Shown here in pieces: positions 20,872 to 30,802 of a stretch of 64,000 nt of DNA. The stretch is from an uncultured Chloroflexia bacterium (GTDB lineage Bacteria > Chloroflexota > Limnocylindria > Limnocylindrales > CSP1-4). The stretch is from assembly GCA_963768655.1 (NCBI GenBank), contig CAVYIM010000004.1:288001-352000 (forward strand), read 5' to 3'. The notes beneath the pieces are model-generated. The model worked only from the letters and a program-made list of their open reading frames with translations, was not told where the DNA came from and made no database searches. Position 1 is the stretch's first letter, and each line of letters opens with the position of its first letter. The position numbers and the translations under genes are program-made.

Positions 20872-21762
20872 CTACTCCTTCACGCCGCCGACCGTGAGTC
20901 CGCCTTCCCAATACCGCTGCACGATCAGGAACGCGACCATGACCGGAATGATCGCCAGCAGGGAGGCCGTCACGACGATTGCGTACAGAACCTGCACGTT
21001 GCCTGGTTGAGTCGCCAGCGAGTTCCAATACGCGAGGCCCACTGTCACTGGGAAGGTGTCCGACCTGCTCAGTAGCAGCAGCGGCAGGAAGTAGTTGTTC
21101 CAGGCTCCGACGAAAGCCAGCAACAGCACCGTCACGAACCCGGGCACCAGCAGCCGGAAGGCGACCTGACTGAAGATGCGGAACTCCCCAGCCCCATCGA
21201 CCCGCGCGGCATCGATCAGTTCCCGCGGAATGGCTCTGTCGGCGTAGATCCGCATGAGGTAGACGCCGAACGGATTCACAAGTGAGGGCAGAATGATCGA
21301 GATGAGCGTGTTCGACAGACCCAGACCCGCCTTACTCATCATGAAGAAGAGTGGCACGGCCAGGACCGAAGCCGGCACGAACACGGACCCGATTACGACG
21401 GCAAACAGCACGTTGCGTCCCCGGAAGTCATACACGGCAAAGGCGTATCCGGCCAGCGTGGCGATGACTGTCGAGAGGAACGCTGCAGTGCACGCGTAGA
21501 TCGCTGAGTTTCGCAGCCAGAGGATGAACGCACCGTTGTCTCGTGAGAGTACGTCGCTGATGTTCTGGAAGAGGTTGAACGGCTGAGCGAACCAGAACCC
21601 GAACGAATTGAACAGCCCACCGTTGGTCTTCGTCGACGCAATCACCAGCCACAGCAGCGGCGTCAAGAAGTAGAGCAAGCCAAAGACCATGATGCAGTGC
21701 GCGAAGACGCTCCCTTTCGAGGGCAGCCGTCGACGCCGGCGTGTGCGGACGATCGCCGTCAT
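20872..21762 (-). CDS. Carbohydrate ABC transporter permease (MalG-like)
   Basis: ELIDAARVDGA EAA loop, AGYAFA, WNNY. Confidence 0.93.
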   Translation of the reverse strand: MTAIVRTRRRRRLPSKGSVFAHCIMVFGLLYFLTPLLWLVIASTKTNGGLFNSFGFWFAQPFNLFQNISDVLSRDNGAFILWLRNSAIYACTAAFLSTVIATLAGYAFAVYDFRGRNVLFAVVIGSVFVPASVLAVPLFFMMSKAGLGLSNTLISIILPSLVNPFGVYLMRIYADRAIPRELIDAARVDGAGEFRIFSQVAFRLLVPGFVTVLLLAFVGAWNNYFLPLLLLSRSDTFPVTVGLAYWNSLATQPGNVQVLYAIVVTASLLAIIPVMVAFLIVQRYWEGGLTVGGVKE

Positions 21763-22742
21763 GCGCTTCTCCTTGTTCGCCAGGCGTTGACTACGAGGAC
21801 TATGGCGACAAGCACGAACGTCACCATGGCAAGGGTGAAGGCGATGGCAGCGGAATAGTCGAATTGGTCGCTTGCGAAGGCGAGGTTGTACACGTACATG
21901 TTCGGAGTGAAGTTGGGACCGATGGCATCCGGAGCCACCTGCCGCATCACATTCGGCTCATTGAAGAGCTGCAGCGTTCCGATGATCGAGAAGATCAGCG
22001 TCAGCATGATCGCAGGGGCGATCATCGGGATCTTGATGTGCCACGCGATCGCGATTCCGCTGGCCCCGTCGACGCGCGCGGCTTCGTAGAGCTCGTTGGG
22101 AATGGCCTTCAATGCCGCGTACATGATCACCATGTTGTAGCCGGCCCATTGCCAGGTCGAGATGTTGGCCAGGGCGGGAATGATCGTGTCCGGCGACAGG
22201 AACATCGGCGGATTGATGTTGAAGAACGTGGCGATCTGGGCGACCGGTCCGAAGGCCTGCCCGTACAAGTAGCCCCAGATCAGAGCGGCCACGACGCTGG
22301 GGACGGCGAACGGCAGGAAGAATCCGAGACGGAACAACGTTGGCCGCCGGATGATCCCGCTATCCAGCAGCAGCGCGGCGCCCAACGCGACGCCGAGCAT
22401 CACGGGGACCTGCAGCAGGCCGAACGACACGACGTTCCGTACGCCCGTCCAGAAATAGTCGTCGGAGAGCGCCTTGAGGTAGTTGTCGATGCCGACGAAG
22501 CTCGTGCCGCCGATGAGCTTCGTTCGAGTCGTGCTCAGATTGGCGGCGTACGCCAGGGGGTAGACGACGAACGCGAGGAACGAGAGCACGAAGGGCGAGA
22601 GGAACAGGTAGGGCGTGACGCGCCGCCTGATGCGGCGCAGCCTGCTACCGCGCTGCGCCCGCATCGGGCGGGGACGGCTGTCGGCCGGCCGATCCTGAGC
22701 TGGCAGGCTCTCGGCCGGCAGGCTCGCGGCTGCTGACGTCAT
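21759..22742 (-). CDS. Carbohydrate ABC transporter permease (MalF-like)
   Basis: FVGIDNY, WQWAGYNMVI, ELYEAARVDGA. Confidence 0.93.
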   Translation of the reverse strand: MTSAAASLPAESLPAQDRPADSRPRPMRAQRGSRLRRIRRRVTPYLFLSPFVLSFLAFVVYPLAYAANLSTTRTKLIGGTSFVGIDNYLKALSDDYFWTGVRNVVSFGLLQVPVMLGVALGAALLLDSGIIRRPTLFRLGFFLPFAVPSVVAALIWGYLYGQAFGPVAQIATFFNINPPMFLSPDTIIPALANISTWQWAGYNMVIMYAALKAIPNELYEAARVDGASGIAIAWHIKIPMIAPAIMLTLIFSIIGTLQLFNEPNVMRQVAPDAIGPNFTPNMYVYNLAFASDQFDYSAAIAFTLAMVTFVLVAIVLVVNAWRTRRSA

Positions 22743-22796
22743 ACGGAACCGAGCCTTCCTTGGTGATTGGATTCGCCCGTGCCGGCCCGGACGGTC

Positions 22797-22852
22797 CAGG
22801 AGCCGCGCAGAGAGTCGAGTGACTTGCGAGACCCGATCCTGCGCGGCACCTG
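22797..22852 (-). promoter_or_regulatory. Intercistronic stem-loop after the binding-protein gene (mRNA stabiliser/attenuator)
   Basis: caggagccgcgcag ... ctgcgcggcacctg, 14-bp stem with one mismatch. Confidence 0.5.
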
Positions 22853-22868
22853 ACCGACCAGATCCTGT

Positions 22869-24254
22869 CTAGGGTGTGGTCACCTTGAAGCCCTGATCGG
22901 TGGCGTACTGCACGCTCTTGGCCTGCAGATCCTTCATCAGATCCGCGAAGGTCATCTTGCCTGAGTGCACCTGGACCAGGTCCGTCGCGTACGTCGAGTA
23001 CACGAAGTCGGTGAAGGGGCTCCAGCCGAACGAAGGATCGACCTGGCTCATGGCCGTGGCCATGACCTGGTGGGTCGTGGCTCCGCCGAAGAACGGATCG
23101 GTGGCGGCCGTCCAGGTCGGGTCGGCGAGGAGCGCAGTTTGCACGGGGAAGAGCGCGGCCGGGTTGGCGGTCAGCTCACCGGTGGCCTTGGGGTCGGTGG
23201 TCAGCCAGCGAGCGAACTCGTCGGCGGCCTTCTTCTGCTGCGAGGCGTTGGTGACGGCGATCGAGGACCCACCGTAGGCGCCGTCAGAGTTGGCGCCGGC
23301 GGTCCACTGCGGCATCGTGGTGATTACCCAGTTGCCCTTGGTGTCCGGGGCAGCGGGGATTATCGACTCGGGGCCCCACGCGCCTGCATCCCAGCACGCG
23401 ATGTTGCCCTTGTCGAGAGCCGTGTTCCAGTCGTTCGTCCACGTGCCGACCGGGCTGAGGTTGCCCGAGGTGAGCAGGTTGCCCCAGAAGTTGGCGACCT
23501 GGAGGGCCTGGGTGGACGTGAAGTCGATGGTGATGTTGGAGCCGTCAACGACGAACGGCTTGGCTCCGGCCTGCCACAGGTGCCCGAAGAACCAGCCCTG
23601 GTCATCGGTGAAGTTGCTGAGGTAGGACTTGCTGTCGGCCTTGTGGATCGTGGCCGCGTCGGTGGCGAAGTCGGCCCATGTCGCCGGCGGGGCGCTGATG
23701 CCGAACTTGGTCAGGACGGCCTGGTTGCACATGAGGATCATTGGGCCGGCGTCCTGCGGATAGGCATAGACGCCCTGGCCCTGGGACACCTGGGCCCACG
23801 TCCAGGGCACGAAGTCGCCCGAGACGGAGGTCGCGCCCAGGTTGGCGAGGTTGGCGAGTGTGCCGCGGGCAATGAACTCGGGCAGGTGCTGATACTCGAT
23901 CTGGACGACATCGGGGATGTCGCTGCCGGCCTGGAGGGCGGTGTTGAGCTTGGCGTACTCGGTGTTGCCGTTGCCGGGGTTCGTGTAGTCGACGAAGACG
24001 TCGGTGTGGGAGGCGTTGAACTCATCGACCTGGGTCTGAATGCCGGGCACCCACGACCAGAACGAGATATGAACTGCGTTTGGCGGGGGCGTTACTGCGG
24101 GCGTCGGTGCGGGAGTCCCGGTGGGGATGGCTTCCGTCGGCGGGGCTGTCGGCGCGGTCGTGGCGGTGGCGCCACTGCAGCCGACAGCCGAAAGCAGGAC
24201 GAGGCCCATGAGGCCTCGCGCGAGGGCACCTCGTTGATCGAACCTACCTATCAT
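22869..24254 (-). CDS. Sugar ABC transporter substrate-binding lipoprotein
   Basis: Lipobox LSAVGC, Pro/Thr linker, FWSW, PDVVQIEY, YPQDAGP, GGSSIAV. Confidence 0.92.
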   Translation of the reverse strand: MIGRFDQRGALARGLMGLVLLSAVGCSGATATTAPTAPPTEAIPTGTPAPTPAVTPPPNAVHISFWSWVPGIQTQVDEFNASHTDVFVDYTNPGNGNTEYAKLNTALQAGSDIPDVVQIEYQHLPEFIARGTLANLANLGATSVSGDFVPWTWAQVSQGQGVYAYPQDAGPMILMCNQAVLTKFGISAPPATWADFATDAATIHKADSKSYLSNFTDDQGWFFGHLWQAGAKPFVVDGSNITIDFTSTQALQVANFWGNLLTSGNLSPVGTWTNDWNTALDKGNIACWDAGAWGPESIIPAAPDTKGNWVITTMPQWTAGANSDGAYGGSSIAVTNASQQKKAADEFARWLTTDPKATGELTANPAALFPVQTALLADPTWTAATDPFFGGATTHQVMATAMSQVDPSFGWSPFTDFVYSTYATDLVQVHSGKMTFADLMKDLQAKSVQYATDQGFKVTTP

Positions 24255-24396
24255 CCCAACCTCCTGCGCGGACGTGGCGGACTTGTGACAGCCGTCCGCC
24301 CTCGTGACGCGCAGGCATTGTCAGAGCGACGTTGGTGGTGGGTCTTGACCGAGGGCGGGATGTTGTTGACGGATTCCGGGCCGCTTCGGCCGCGCC

Positions 24397-27300
24397 TCAG
24401 GGAGCGCGCAGCGGCAGGACTCGAGCCGCCGGCCCGCGATCGGCGGAGGGCGCCGATCGCGGGTGCGCCGTCCGGACGCCGTGGGGCCGGCGGCCCTGGC
24501 GATAGGCGCGCGGCGATATCCCGACCTCGCGGTGGAACGTCCTGGTGAAATGCGCTGCCGCCGAGAACCCGGCGGCCATCGCGATCTCGGTGACCGTCAG
24601 GTCGGTGGCCTCCAGCATCTGCCTCGCCCGCTGGATCCGATAGCGCGTCAGGAACGTGATCGGTGTGATACCGAGCTCCTGACGGAAGCAGTCGGTCAGG
24701 TAGTCGGGCGTGATCGCCACGTGGCGGGCTATGTCCTCGCGGCTGATCGGCTCGGCGTACTGGGCCTCGATATAGGCAGTGGCTCGCCGAACGAGGCGCT
24801 GGGTGGCAGCCCCCAGGGTCGGGGCGCTCGACAGGACCGCCTCGATGCGCTCGACGATCTCCTGGCTGGTGAAGACGCCTTTGCCGAGGATCGCAGCCAC
24901 GTAGCCGCTGAGGCGATCCAGCTCGTCCTCCTTGACATCACGGCCGGTCACCACGATCACAGGTATGTCCCGTGTGGCCGGGTTCGCCTGCATCGCTTCC
25001 AGGACCGCGAAGCCATCCATCCCGGGCATGACCAGGTCCAGCAGAACGAGATCGGGACGCTCCGCCGCCATCATGGCGATCGCCTCGGAGCCGCCTTTCG
25101 CTTTGAGCGGCCGTGCCCCGGCGCAGCGGACGACACGGGCGTGGAACTCGAGCATCTCAGGGTCGTCATCGACGGCCAGGATGACTGGAGCCTTCGCCGG
25201 CCCGGAAGGAACGAGGTTCCGGCGCCCGAGCTCATCGGCCAGCTCAGCTGCCTGGAGAGGCTCGAACAGATAGGTGAGGTCGAGGAATCCGCCCCGATCG
25301 CCGTCGGGCTCCAGGTGGCACGCGAGGACCGGGACCCGCAGCAGCTCGCTGCCTCGAGAGTTGGCTCGCACGTACTCCCAGCCACGACCCCCGGCGACCG
25401 TATCGTCCAGGATCACGGCCGAAGGCATGCGGGCCTCGAACACGCGCGACCAGTCCCTGGCAGGGTCGACCAGCTCGACGCGAACCGCGAAGCCCCGCTC
25501 GCGCAGAAGCTCCTTCAGCCAACGCTCGGATGTCCCTGTCGACGCGACCAGGAGCACGTCCGGGCGCCCGTCGCGAATCTCGAGATCCAAACCCTCCGCC
25601 GCGATGGCTGGCAGAGTGAACCAGAAGGTCGATCCAAGCCCGTTCTCGCCGGGCGATCTGACGCCGATGGAACCGCCGTGGCGCAGGACGAGTTGACGCG
25701 CGATGGCGAGGCCCAGCCCCATGCCGCCCAGGCCCTGGCGGATCGCCTCGGGGGAGCGGTGGAACTCCTCGAAAACGCTGTTGAGCTCGTCGGCTGCAAT
25801 GCCGGCACCCGTATCCGAAACCGACACCGTAACCACGCCCTGGGCCACCTCGGCATCGATGGTCACGCTGCCCGAATCGGTGAACTTGATGGCGTTGCCC
25901 ACGAGATTCAGGATCACCTGGCGGAGCCGGGTCCGATCGCCCATCACCCACGCGCTCGAAGCGGGAATCCGAGCGTGCCATTCCAGCCCCTTCTCGCGGG
26001 CCATCTGCTCCCCGGCCAGGGCCGCGTCGAAAAGGGCCTCGCACAGGTCAACCGGCTGCCTGGCGATGTGCAACTGCCCAACCTGGCTGCTGGCCAGGTC
26101 GAGCACGTCGCCGATAAGCCGGCCCAGGTGCTGCGCGCTCGCCGACATGTGCTCGAGGTCTCGCGCGGCATCGGCCGAGAGAACGCCGCCTTCGCGCGTT
26201 TCGCGAAGGACGATGTCGCTCAGGCCGACGACCAGGCTGAGCGGTGTGCGCAGCTCGTGACTGACCATCGACAGGAATTGGCTCTTGAGCTGGTCGGCCT
26301 CTTCCGCAAGGCGCCGACCCTCGAGCGCCTGTCCGTGCAGCTCGATCGCCCGGATGGCGGCGCCCAGGTTGTTGACGATGGCAGCGCACGGCTCGAGGTT
26401 CGTTGCCGACATGGCGGCGAACCCGGTGGTGGCATCGCCCACCCGGACCGGCAGCACCATCAGCTGCAGGGGCTCGTCGTTCCGGAAGAGGTTTCGCGGC
26501 GGGAAGGCGCGCGAAGCGAACGGCTCGCCGCACTCCGGCAGGCCCGTGGAGACCACGATCTCGCCCCGAGCTACTGGATCGTCCTCGTCTCCGCGGTATG
26601 TGGCGCTCAGGAAGTGGTCGATCCCCACCCGCGGCAGATTGGCATCGAGAATCCGGGCGACCTCGGCGATGTCGCTCGCGGCCAGGAGCCGCGACGTGAT
26701 GACTCCGAGCTCGCTCATCATGTCCATGTGCTGGAGCAGGGCATGCGTGGTCTCGCGCTGGACATGCTCGCTGATGTCGATGCGGGCCTGATCGAGGAGG
26801 GCCATGACTTCCCGCTCATCGACCCCCTTTCGGGCGTCCACCAGCAGGTCGGAGCACCTGTAGAGTGCCGATACGGCAGACTGCCAGACGGATGGGTCCT
26901 CGCCCCGCGCCTCCGTCAGTGCCAGCAGACGTGCGATTTCACCGCGCAGGAGCCTGCCGTCAGCGCTGCCGAGACTGCCGACGAGGCTTCGCGCGAGAAC
27001 CCGGCATTGGTCCTCCAGCTCGGCAAGTGTGCTCTGATGCGCCTGGACGTACGCCGCCTCCGCCATCGCACCGGACAGCGCCGCGAGCCGTTCGGCCGGC
27101 GTCCCGCCGGATGCGATCTCTACCCTTTGGAGACGATCTTGCCCGCAGCCGCAGGACTGCCTCACGATCAGGCGCGTCGGCACCACGACGGGCGAGCTCT
27201 GGGGCGGATGGCCGGCGATGAGATCGAGGAGGGACTCGACGGCCCTGTAGCCAAGCGCAAATGTGGGGTGACGGACGGTCGTCAACGACGGGGTGGAGGA

Positions 27301-28035
27301 CCGGGCGTCGAGGATGTCGTCGAACCCGACGGCTGCCACGTCCTCGGGGACTCTCAAGCCGGCCTCGCGCAGCGCATCGATCGCCCCCAAGCAGGAGAGA
27401 TCGTTGCTGGCCACGAACGCGGTGAAGGGTGCGCCCCCTGCCAGGATCTGCCGCATGGCCGCTTTGCCGATGACGTAGCTGTGCTCCCCGTGGACGATGA
27501 GCCGCGGGTTCGGGCCGGATCCGAACTGTTCCATGGCCCTCTTGAAGGCCCGCAGGCGATCCGCGCTGTCACCGGCACGATGCTGGTGGCCGGCCACGAA
27601 GGCGATTCGACGGTGGCCATGCTGGACGAGATGGCGAACCGCCTCACGAATTCCGTTCGAGTTGTCCACGACGACGCGCGGCCCCGGTCCCTCCGCAGCC
27701 GCGAAGACCACGGGCACGCCGGAGCCCTGGAGATCCGTGACGTAGCGCGACTGCTCTGCCGACAGATCGTCCGGAAGGATGATCAGGCCGTCCGTGTTCC
27801 AGGGGCCCACCGGCACGAAGTCGGTGTCTGCGGCCGAGACGGGCCATGCGGCATGCCGGCGCTCGGGCTCGTCTCCAGTGCTGATGCCGACGCCCAGCAG
27901 CAAGTTGCAGCGCCGGTCGCGAGCCGCCGCGCAGACCCCCTTCATCAGCTCGTGACCGTAGCGATCGACCGTGGTGCCCCAATACACGGGCCACGTCGAC
28001 AGCAAGCCAATGGTCGGGAAGTCCTGGCTCTTCAT
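24397..28035 (-). CDS. Soluble hybrid regulator: LacI-type ligand-binding domain, HisKA/HATPase, degenerate REC, REC, AraC HTH
   Basis: HGHRRIAFVAG, VGFDD, LTTVRHP; SHELRTPL, NLVGNAIKFT, DTGAGI, GLGLAI; AVDDD, LLDLVMPGMDG; FRQELG...AGFS..AHFTRTF. Confidence 0.9.
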   Translation of the reverse strand: MKSQDFPTIGLLSTWPVYWGTTVDRYGHELMKGVCAAARDRRCNLLLGVGISTGDEPERRHAAWPVSAADTDFVPVGPWNTDGLIILPDDLSAEQSRYVTDLQGSGVPVVFAAAEGPGPRVVVDNSNGIREAVRHLVQHGHRRIAFVAGHQHRAGDSADRLRAFKRAMEQFGSGPNPRLIVHGEHSYVIGKAAMRQILAGGAPFTAFVASNDLSCLGAIDALREAGLRVPEDVAAVGFDDILDARSSTPSLTTVRHPTFALGYRAVESLLDLIAGHPPQSSPVVVPTRLIVRQSCGCGQDRLQRVEIASGGTPAERLAALSGAMAEAAYVQAHQSTLAELEDQCRVLARSLVGSLGSADGRLLRGEIARLLALTEARGEDPSVWQSAVSALYRCSDLLVDARKGVDEREVMALLDQARIDISEHVQRETTHALLQHMDMMSELGVITSRLLAASDIAEVARILDANLPRVGIDHFLSATYRGDEDDPVARGEIVVSTGLPECGEPFASRAFPPRNLFRNDEPLQLMVLPVRVGDATTGFAAMSATNLEPCAAIVNNLGAAIRAIELHGQALEGRRLAEEADQLKSQFLSMVSHELRTPLSLVVGLSDIVLRETREGGVLSADAARDLEHMSASAQHLGRLIGDVLDLASSQVGQLHIARQPVDLCEALFDAALAGEQMAREKGLEWHARIPASSAWVMGDRTRLRQVILNLVGNAIKFTDSGSVTIDAEVAQGVVTVSVSDTGAGIAADELNSVFEEFHRSPEAIRQGLGGMGLGLAIARQLVLRHGGSIGVRSPGENGLGSTFWFTLPAIAAEGLDLEIRDGRPDVLLVASTGTSERWLKELLRERGFAVRVELVDPARDWSRVFEARMPSAVILDDTVAGGRGWEYVRANSRGSELLRVPVLACHLEPDGDRGGFLDLTYLFEPLQAAELADELGRRNLVPSGPAKAPVILAVDDDPEMLEFHARVVRCAGARPLKAKGGSEAIAMMAAERPDLVLLDLVMPGMDGFAVLEAMQANPATRDIPVIVVTGRDVKEDELDRLSGYVAAILGKGVFTSQEIVERIEAVLSSAPTLGAATQRLVRRATAYIEAQYAEPISREDIARHVAITPDYLTDCFRQELGITPITFLTRYRIQRARQMLEATDLTVTEIAMAAGFSAAAHFTRTFHREVGISPRAYRQGRRPHGVRTAHPRSAPSADRGPAARVLPLRAP

Positions 28036-28462
28036 TATCCTGATCGACCGCGGCTGTGACGGAGCTCAGCATGGGCACTCCGCGGATCTGGAGCCGCTGA
28101 GGCGCCACGATCCTATACCCGGACCGCAACCCGGCGGACGGCCCGCAGCAGCAGGGCGGCGGCAGTTGAGGAACCGGCCCCGATTCGCCAGGGCCCCGGA
28201 ATCGGTCAACTACTCCCGGCTCGGGGACAAGACTGTCCAGGGCGCCTGGTTGAAGAATGGTGGCGGCTCGAATTGAGTCCCGACTCCACGCTGGTTCGAC
28301 ACGCCACGACGCCCCGATGGCGACCCTCCGGATCGCCGAGAGGCTCCGATCCGCTCGATCTTGGCGGATCCTCGCGGCGGTCGATGGCCTCCTGGCTCAC
28401 GAGAAGGGGTAGATGCCTCCGATGCTTCCGGTGATCTCGTGCCCGTGGTCCTGCTGTTGAAG

Positions 28463-30019
28463 ATGGGCACTACGGACGCAGCCGGGTTCGAATCGTCCGG
28501 CCCGACCAACCCGGGTTTCGAGGCAGACGGAGCGCCGGTTCGGAGCCCGATCGGCTGGACGACCGGCGGGACGCCGGACGCCTGCTTCGCGGAGCCCGGC
28601 GGTCGCCGAGGTGGCTTCCATCTCGCCCACCGGGCGGACGGTCCATTCGAAATCGAGACGAGGCAGAGGTTGAGCCTCCTCGGTCCGGGCTGGTACACGC
28701 TCCGCGTTTGGGTGCAGCGGAGCACCGGTCAGAGCGACGCGTGGGTCGGTCTCGAGGACGGTTATGGCGAGGCGGCTCGAGCGTCCGTGCCCGTGTCCCC
28801 AGGGTGGGTTCAGATCGTCGTTTCGAGATTCATCGGCGAACGGTCCTGCACGATCGTGCTTCATACCGAAGCCGGCGCCGGCGAGTGGGCCCACTTCGAC
28901 GACGTGGAGTTCGTGGCCGGCGACGCCAGGCTATCGATCCGCGGCGCCGACGTCTCGAGCCTCGCCAAGTCCGAGCACCTCGGCGGCCTGTACCGCACCG
29001 ACTGGGGGAGGCGAGGGGATGCTCTGGCGATCCTCCAGGATCACGGCCTCAACTGGATCCGCCTCCGCGTCTTCGTCGATCCGGCCGATGGCTTCCATGG
29101 CACGGCCGAGCTGCTGACCATGGCGCGCCGGGCGAAGAGGCTCGGCCTCAGGGTGCTCGTCGATCTTCACTATTCGGATTTCTGGGCCGATCCGGGCAAG
29201 CAGTGGACGCCCGCGGCCTGGGAGGGGAAGATCTTTCCCGAGCTGAAGGAGGCGTTCGTCGACCACACCTGTGGGGTCCTTACGGCGCTCACTTCGCAGG
29301 GGACGCCGGCCGACATGATCCAGCTGGGGAACGAGATCACTCAGGGCATGTTGTGGGACTACGCGGCGACGAAGACCGGCGAGTCGACCGCCGACGACGG
29401 ATACGGGACGGGGGCTCAGCGGATCGTCCGCCACACCGAGAACTGGGACCAGCTCGCGGAACTGCTCACCGCGGGCTACGAGGCGGTGAAGTCGGTCTCG
29501 CCACAGACAAGAGTGATGCTCCACCTCGACGCCGGTGGCAGCAACGAGACCTACCAATGGTGGTTCGGCAACGTCACCGCACGGGGTGTGCCGTTCGATC
29601 TGATCGGGGCGTCCTATTACGCCTACTGGCACGGCTCGCTGGCCGACCTCCAGAGCAACCTGAACGATGTCTCTGCCCGCTATGACAAGGATGTCGTGGT
29701 CGCGGAGACGGCATACTCGTTCACCCTCGCCGATGACGATGGCTGGCCCAACGTGATCCGGGATGCGAGCCAGCTCGTGGCCGGCTATCCGGCCACGCCC
29801 GCCGGCCAGGCCGCCAATCTCCGCGACGTCATGTCGATCGTGCGGGCCGTCCCCAATGGGCGTGGGCTCGGGGTCTTCTACTGGGACGCGACCTGGACGG
29901 CCGTTCGGGGCAACGGCTGGAGCCCTCGCGACCCGGCCTCCGGCAACGAATGGGAGAACCAGGCGCTCTTCGACTTCGACGACCGCCCGCTGCCGGCGAT
30001 GAACGAGTTCGTTCCGTGA
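28463..30019 (+). CDS. GH53 endo-beta-1,4-galactanase with N-terminal CBM-like beta-sandwich
   Basis: RGADVS, NWIRLRVFVDP, DLHYSDFWADPGKQ, QLGNEI, VAETAY, WENQALFDF; start uncertain (28361 or 28463). Confidence 0.92.
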   Translation: MGTTDAAGFESSGPTNPGFEADGAPVRSPIGWTTGGTPDACFAEPGGRRGGFHLAHRADGPFEIETRQRLSLLGPGWYTLRVWVQRSTGQSDAWVGLEDGYGEAARASVPVSPGWVQIVVSRFIGERSCTIVLHTEAGAGEWAHFDDVEFVAGDARLSIRGADVSSLAKSEHLGGLYRTDWGRRGDALAILQDHGLNWIRLRVFVDPADGFHGTAELLTMARRAKRLGLRVLVDLHYSDFWADPGKQWTPAAWEGKIFPELKEAFVDHTCGVLTALTSQGTPADMIQLGNEITQGMLWDYAATKTGESTADDGYGTGAQRIVRHTENWDQLAELLTAGYEAVKSVSPQTRVMLHLDAGGSNETYQWWFGNVTARGVPFDLIGASYYAYWHGSLADLQSNLNDVSARYDKDVVVAETAYSFTLADDDGWPNVIRDASQLVAGYPATPAGQAANLRDVMSIVRAVPNGRGLGVFYWDATWTAVRGNGWSPRDPASGNEWENQALFDFDDRPLPAMNEFVP

Positions 30020-30116
30020 GGCGATGTTCGGCGCCCGCTGCCGGCCGAGCGACCGGCCGGCGGCCCAGCTCGAGCTGCCCAGTCAGGAATTCGGATTCCG
30101 GTCGGTACGTGCGGCG

Positions 30117-30425
30117 TCAGACCAGCTTCACCTCTGACAGTACGTAGTCGCGGGCTTGGCCGTCGACGAGGTGACTGACCAGGACTCCGAGCGCCTTGTT
30201 GTACTCGGGGTTGTCCAGTGTGGCCTTGTTGCGTCGCTCGATGTCGGCGCTGTCCTCGTACTCCGCCTCGGCGAAGGCCTCGTTCAAGGTGCCCCAGTTC
30301 GACATGTAGACGCGATAGGCCGGCAGCCCCGCCTTGATGCCGGCATCGTTCAATGCCTTGGAGGCCGCGACAAAGTCCTCCCAGTGGCCATGCTTGACCG
30401 CCTCGCGGATCAAATGACGAACCAT
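30117..30425 (-). CDS. Small hypothetical protein (NIPSNAP/dimeric alpha-beta-barrel-like)
   Basis: RBS ggaggt; MVRHLIREAVKHGHWEDF..., strong codon bias; fold call is inference. Confidence 0.65.
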   Translation of the reverse strand: MVRHLIREAVKHGHWEDFVAASKALNDAGIKAGLPAYRVYMSNWGTLNEAFAEAEYEDSADIERRNKATLDNPEYNKALGVLVSHLVDGQARDYVLSEVKLV

Positions 30426-30802
30426 GGATGCCACCTCCAGGTTGTCGGCGACCGCAGAACGCATCGGATCGCCGCGGGAGGCGGGTCGGTCTCGCGAGTG
30501 GCTCGGCGCGGTCCAGGCGGCCAGTGTGTACGGGCCGCGTGTCTAAGCTCCCCGTACTCCGCACGCATTTTCCCACCCATGTGAATGGGGCCCCGACGCA
30601 GCCGCAAGGGCCACCGTTGGCGGTCAAGTCCCAGGACATGTGTAACGGTGAGTCCATCGTCTGTCGCGGTTACGATGCCTGCGACCGTCCGGCGGACGAG
30701 AATGGCGTCAGCCCGGCCGGGGTCCGTAGAGCCACGCACGAAAGCGCTCACGCGATGACACCGCAACGCACCGCGCCTGATTCCCAGAGAACGGAGAGTG
30801 CC

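Noticed and set aside
24463-28059. 1198-aa antisense ORF (and similar ones such as 18337..20337 and 2687..4156)
   Set aside because: Antisense shadows of high-GC3 genes with no motifs
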